A DNA stretch of 64,000 nucleotides from Felis catus (Eukaryota): contig NC_058373.1 of NCBI RefSeq assembly GCF_018350175.1, positions 113,214,001 to 113,278,000 on the forward strand, read 5' to 3'. Numbering within the stretch: the first letter of the stretch is position 1; every line of letters begins with the position of its first letter. The position numbers and the translations under genes were made by a program. Below the pieces are notes generated by a model. The model did no database searches. It was given only the letters and a program-made list of their open reading frames with translations, and was not told the DNA's origin. This document shows positions 60,930 to 64,000 of the stretch, piece by piece.

Positions 60930-61680
60930 AGTATGAATTAGATAGTCTCGGAAAAGGCAATCTGGACAATTTGGCCATTTAAAAACGTGTTCTCACTTAA
61001 CGCTACAATTCCATTTCTGGGATTTTATCCTTCAGATATACTCTTAGGTATATGAAATGACATATATTTGTTGCAGCATTGTTTATTTTAGCAAAAGTTT
61101 TCAAACAACCCAAATGTGTTAGTAAGGGACTCTTGGGGCACCTGGGTGGCTCAGTCAGTTAAGCGTCTGACTCTTGATTTCGGCTCAGGTTATGATCTCA
61201 CAGTTCATGAGATTGAACCCCACACTCATGGTGTGGAGCCTGTTGGGATTCTCTCTCTCCCTGTCTCTCTCTCTGCCCTTCCCCTGCTCTTGTGCATGTT
61301 CTCTCTCTTTCTCTCTCTCAAAATAAGTAAATAATTTTTTAAAGTTATAAAAAGCTTTATAAAAAAAAATAAGGGACTCTTAAGTCATGTAATAGCTACA
61401 CGGTAGAAAACAATAAAGCTGTTAAAGAGAATGGAGGGAAGACGGAGCGGGTATGTATGTTGATACAGGAAGATCTCTAAGTTATAAGTTAAGGACAGCG
61501 TGTAGAGTGTGCTACCATTTGTGTTTGTGTATGTGTATGCAACATGTATAAGAATGCTTGTGTCTACACTGGATATTTCTGGAAGACACAAAACCCCATA
61601 ACACTGTGGCTGAGGGACAAGGTGGGAAGAAGCCTTACTTTGTACCATATACACTTTTGTTCAGTACTCAAAAATAAAGA
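60930..61680 (+). mobile_element. Ancient L1ME-like remnant
   Basis: caattccatttctgggattttatcct..., gcagcattgttt..., aaacaacccaaatgt motifs. Confidence 0.55.
61135..61369 (+). mobile_element. CAN-SINE
   Basis: TSD taagggactctt at 61123-61134 and 61370-61381. Confidence 0.93.
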
Positions 61681-61686
61681 GATAAA

Positions 61687-61930
61687 GGGGCACCTGGGTG
61701 GCTTAGTCAGTTAAGCACCCAACTCTTGATTTCGGCTCAAGTCGTGATCTCATGGTCATGGGATTGAGCCCTGACTCAGGCTCCGTGCTGAGTGTGGAGC
61801 CTGTTTGAGATTCTCTCTCTCTCTCTGTCTCTGTCTCACTCTCACTGTTCCTCCCTCACCCCCACTGTCCCTCCCTCACCCCCACTCATGCTCTATCTCT
61901 CTCAAGATAAATACATAAACTTAAAAAAAA
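61687..61930 (+). mobile_element. CAN-SINE with an internal 20-bp tandem duplication
   Basis: ggggcacctgggtggcttagtcagttaag head; cactgt(t/c)cctccctcacccc occurs twice at 61843-61882. Confidence 0.9.
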
Positions 61931-64000
61931 AGTGGTAAAATAATCTTTAAAAATCCCCTCACCTCTCTGAGGTAGATCTGGTAGTGAGCACATGTATGAG
62001 CCACATCTCCTAGTACGCCGAGGCACTGTTGGTTTGCCTTTTCTTTGTTGATAGTAGCTATCAATATGGAGTGCTGTGTGCCAGGCTTTTGTGATATCTC
62101 CTTTAATTCTCAAAAAAATATGACCTAGTGTGCCTATGAAATTGCCATTTTTTGAAGGTCAAAAAATGGTTAAATGTTGATAATTCCATGATTCAACCTA
62201 ATATTATTGCCCTCCTTTTCAAATATTATTGCTCTCAATTTCAAAATGGAGCTGAGGCTCAGAGAGTTAGGCAAATGGTTTAAGGTCACATGATTAATTA
62301 GTGCCTGAGCCAGTACTCAAACCCAGGCTTGTTTGGCACCAGGAGAGGGGATCGGAAGTACTACACTCTGCTGTTTCCCTTTACTGGTTTTGTTCTCAAA
62401 GGATGCTATTCGTGATTGTCCTAGTCCTTTCTGGTATTTAGATCCCCGAAGGCTGGAACATGCTCACCTTTTCCTGTCTCTTCCAACATTGTGAAATGTG
62501 CTGCCTCAGCACCCAAGAGTAAAACACAAATTGTTGGCTTGATCAGATGACATGGTGCGGTCAGAGGGAGCTATGCCCCTGTATGCACTCACCCTCCCCC
62601 AGCTCCGTCCCCAGAAAAGGGGCACAAAGCTCTTCCTTTCCCATAGTTGGGCAGGTAGTCAGTCGAGTCTAGCACTTGTAGAAGATGATGGTAGCCTACC
62701 ACTAGCAAGTGGAAATCACAAAAGGTGCTCACATTCAGAGTGAACCATAGTGAGGTAACACAGGAGAGCCCAGTGGAAATTGTACCCAGAACAGAGTTCC
62801 TGTTACCTTCTGAAGCCTCCTGCAGTGGCCTCTGCCCTCTTTCCTTTAGGTTCTTGTATTGACTGGTCCTCTTTGTAGGGAAGTTCCAGGATATTCAGAC
62901 TGTAGACCTGAGCCCTACAAGCCATGGGATCTTTAATTCATCTTTATGTCCCCAACCTTGCACGTAGAAATCACTTCACAAAAGTTGGTTGAATTAAATT
63001 TAATCTCAGCATTTTGTCAATTTCTGGTCAAATCCCTAAACCTTCCAGAGCCATCCCAGGTCAAGTCTGTGTTTTCTCTGATACAGGCTCAAAGTCTGAG
63101 GTCACCTAAGGACTCCCTGTGCCCCCTTTTCATCACCCATACTGCATGCAGCCCCTGCCTCTGAGGCATGCTGCTCCAGCCTTGTGGCTGTGTCAGCCCA
63201 GGATGCTGGAGGACTTAGGGAGTTCCAAAGCAGGAGTCAAGGCTGTGTGGTCACTTGCTGGGCAGTGTAGCCTGCTGGGCACTAATAGGAATCAAGAGAA
63301 GTGGATTTCACAAGAGTGGCCGTGAGTCAACCATTGTAGCTCGGGGGAGGGTGCATGGGGATTTATTGTACTGTTCTCCCTACTTCTTGTGTATATTTGA
63401 AGCTTTCCAGACTAAAAAACAAAGAGAACAGTTGAGCTGGGTTTTGTCCCTTCTCTTATTCCCACCTATTTTGCCATTAATGTTCTATCTGTGTTAGGCT
63501 AGCCGGGTAGCATGAGACTCCATCACCACTACTGAAGCATCTTCACGGAAAGAGGATGTTCTGTATGCTGGGAGATCATTCTTGGCCCAGCTTTGACACT
63601 GCTTAGCTCTATGTCTCAAGGCATGGATGCGCTGGGTTTTCTCATCTATCTGTTCACTGTGAATAGTATCACTTGTCCTACATCTCAGGGATATTGAGAG
63701 GATAAGGAGAGAAATAACTCCTATACAGTGCTTTGGAAAGTTAAAAACTGTTCTTTAAGTTAGTTTCTGCTCATCTTTGCAAGTCTTTATGGGAGGTACA
63801 AGTACAAGGTGACCAAGCAGGTGAAGTTCACTGTACTGGTATTTTGCTCTTATGTTTTGCCTCATGTTTTCTAGCTGCCGCGGCAACCACCTGCTTCTGT
63901 CGGAAGAGCCTCTGGGCCACGCGCTTGGCAGCAGGCACCTTGCTCCAGTTCCCTTTCGAAACCCCGTAGCTCTCCTCACATGCTAAGACAAGCCCAGCGC

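Noticed and set aside
1..64000. CRISPR array, operon, rRNA, NUMT, ERV internal genes or processed pseudogene
   Set aside because: No repeat-spacer periodicity and no recognisable such sequence. The direct repeats found are explained as TSDs or slippage, and the RT belongs to an ordinary LINE-1.

Overview
This is eukaryotic, repeat-rich, mostly intronic/intergenic mammalian DNA. The tRNA-derived CAN-SINEs closely resemble the feliform/felid (SINEC_Fc-type) consensus as I remember it, so the source is most likely a cat-family genome. Two CpG-island promoters face away from each other. The first (~34.0-35.2 kb) starts a minus-strand gene with a first-exon donor at 34821/34820 followed by a pure (CCG)13 tract; 1-34.8 kb is then probably its intronic sequence. 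The second (~58.9-59.9 kb) starts a plus-strand gene with an ATG-less first exon (donor at 59470/59471). Between them lie a full-length ~6.76-kb LINE-1 (minus strand, TSD-bounded, ORF1 with an early stop, ORF2 frameshifted) and a near-consensus CTCF motif, with a second CTCF-like motif inside the L1 5'UTR. The rest is ~16 CAN-SINEs, MIR/L2/old L1M/MaLR remnants, hAT and Tigger MITEs, microsatellites and several clean nested insertions. I could not recognise either host gene from sequence. No host protein-coding exon is confidently supported, and almost all ORF-track entries are spurious. I found no convincing new biological system; the findings are modest, testable hypotheses. Repeat subfamily names come from memory of consensus sequences, and boundaries without TSDs are approximate.
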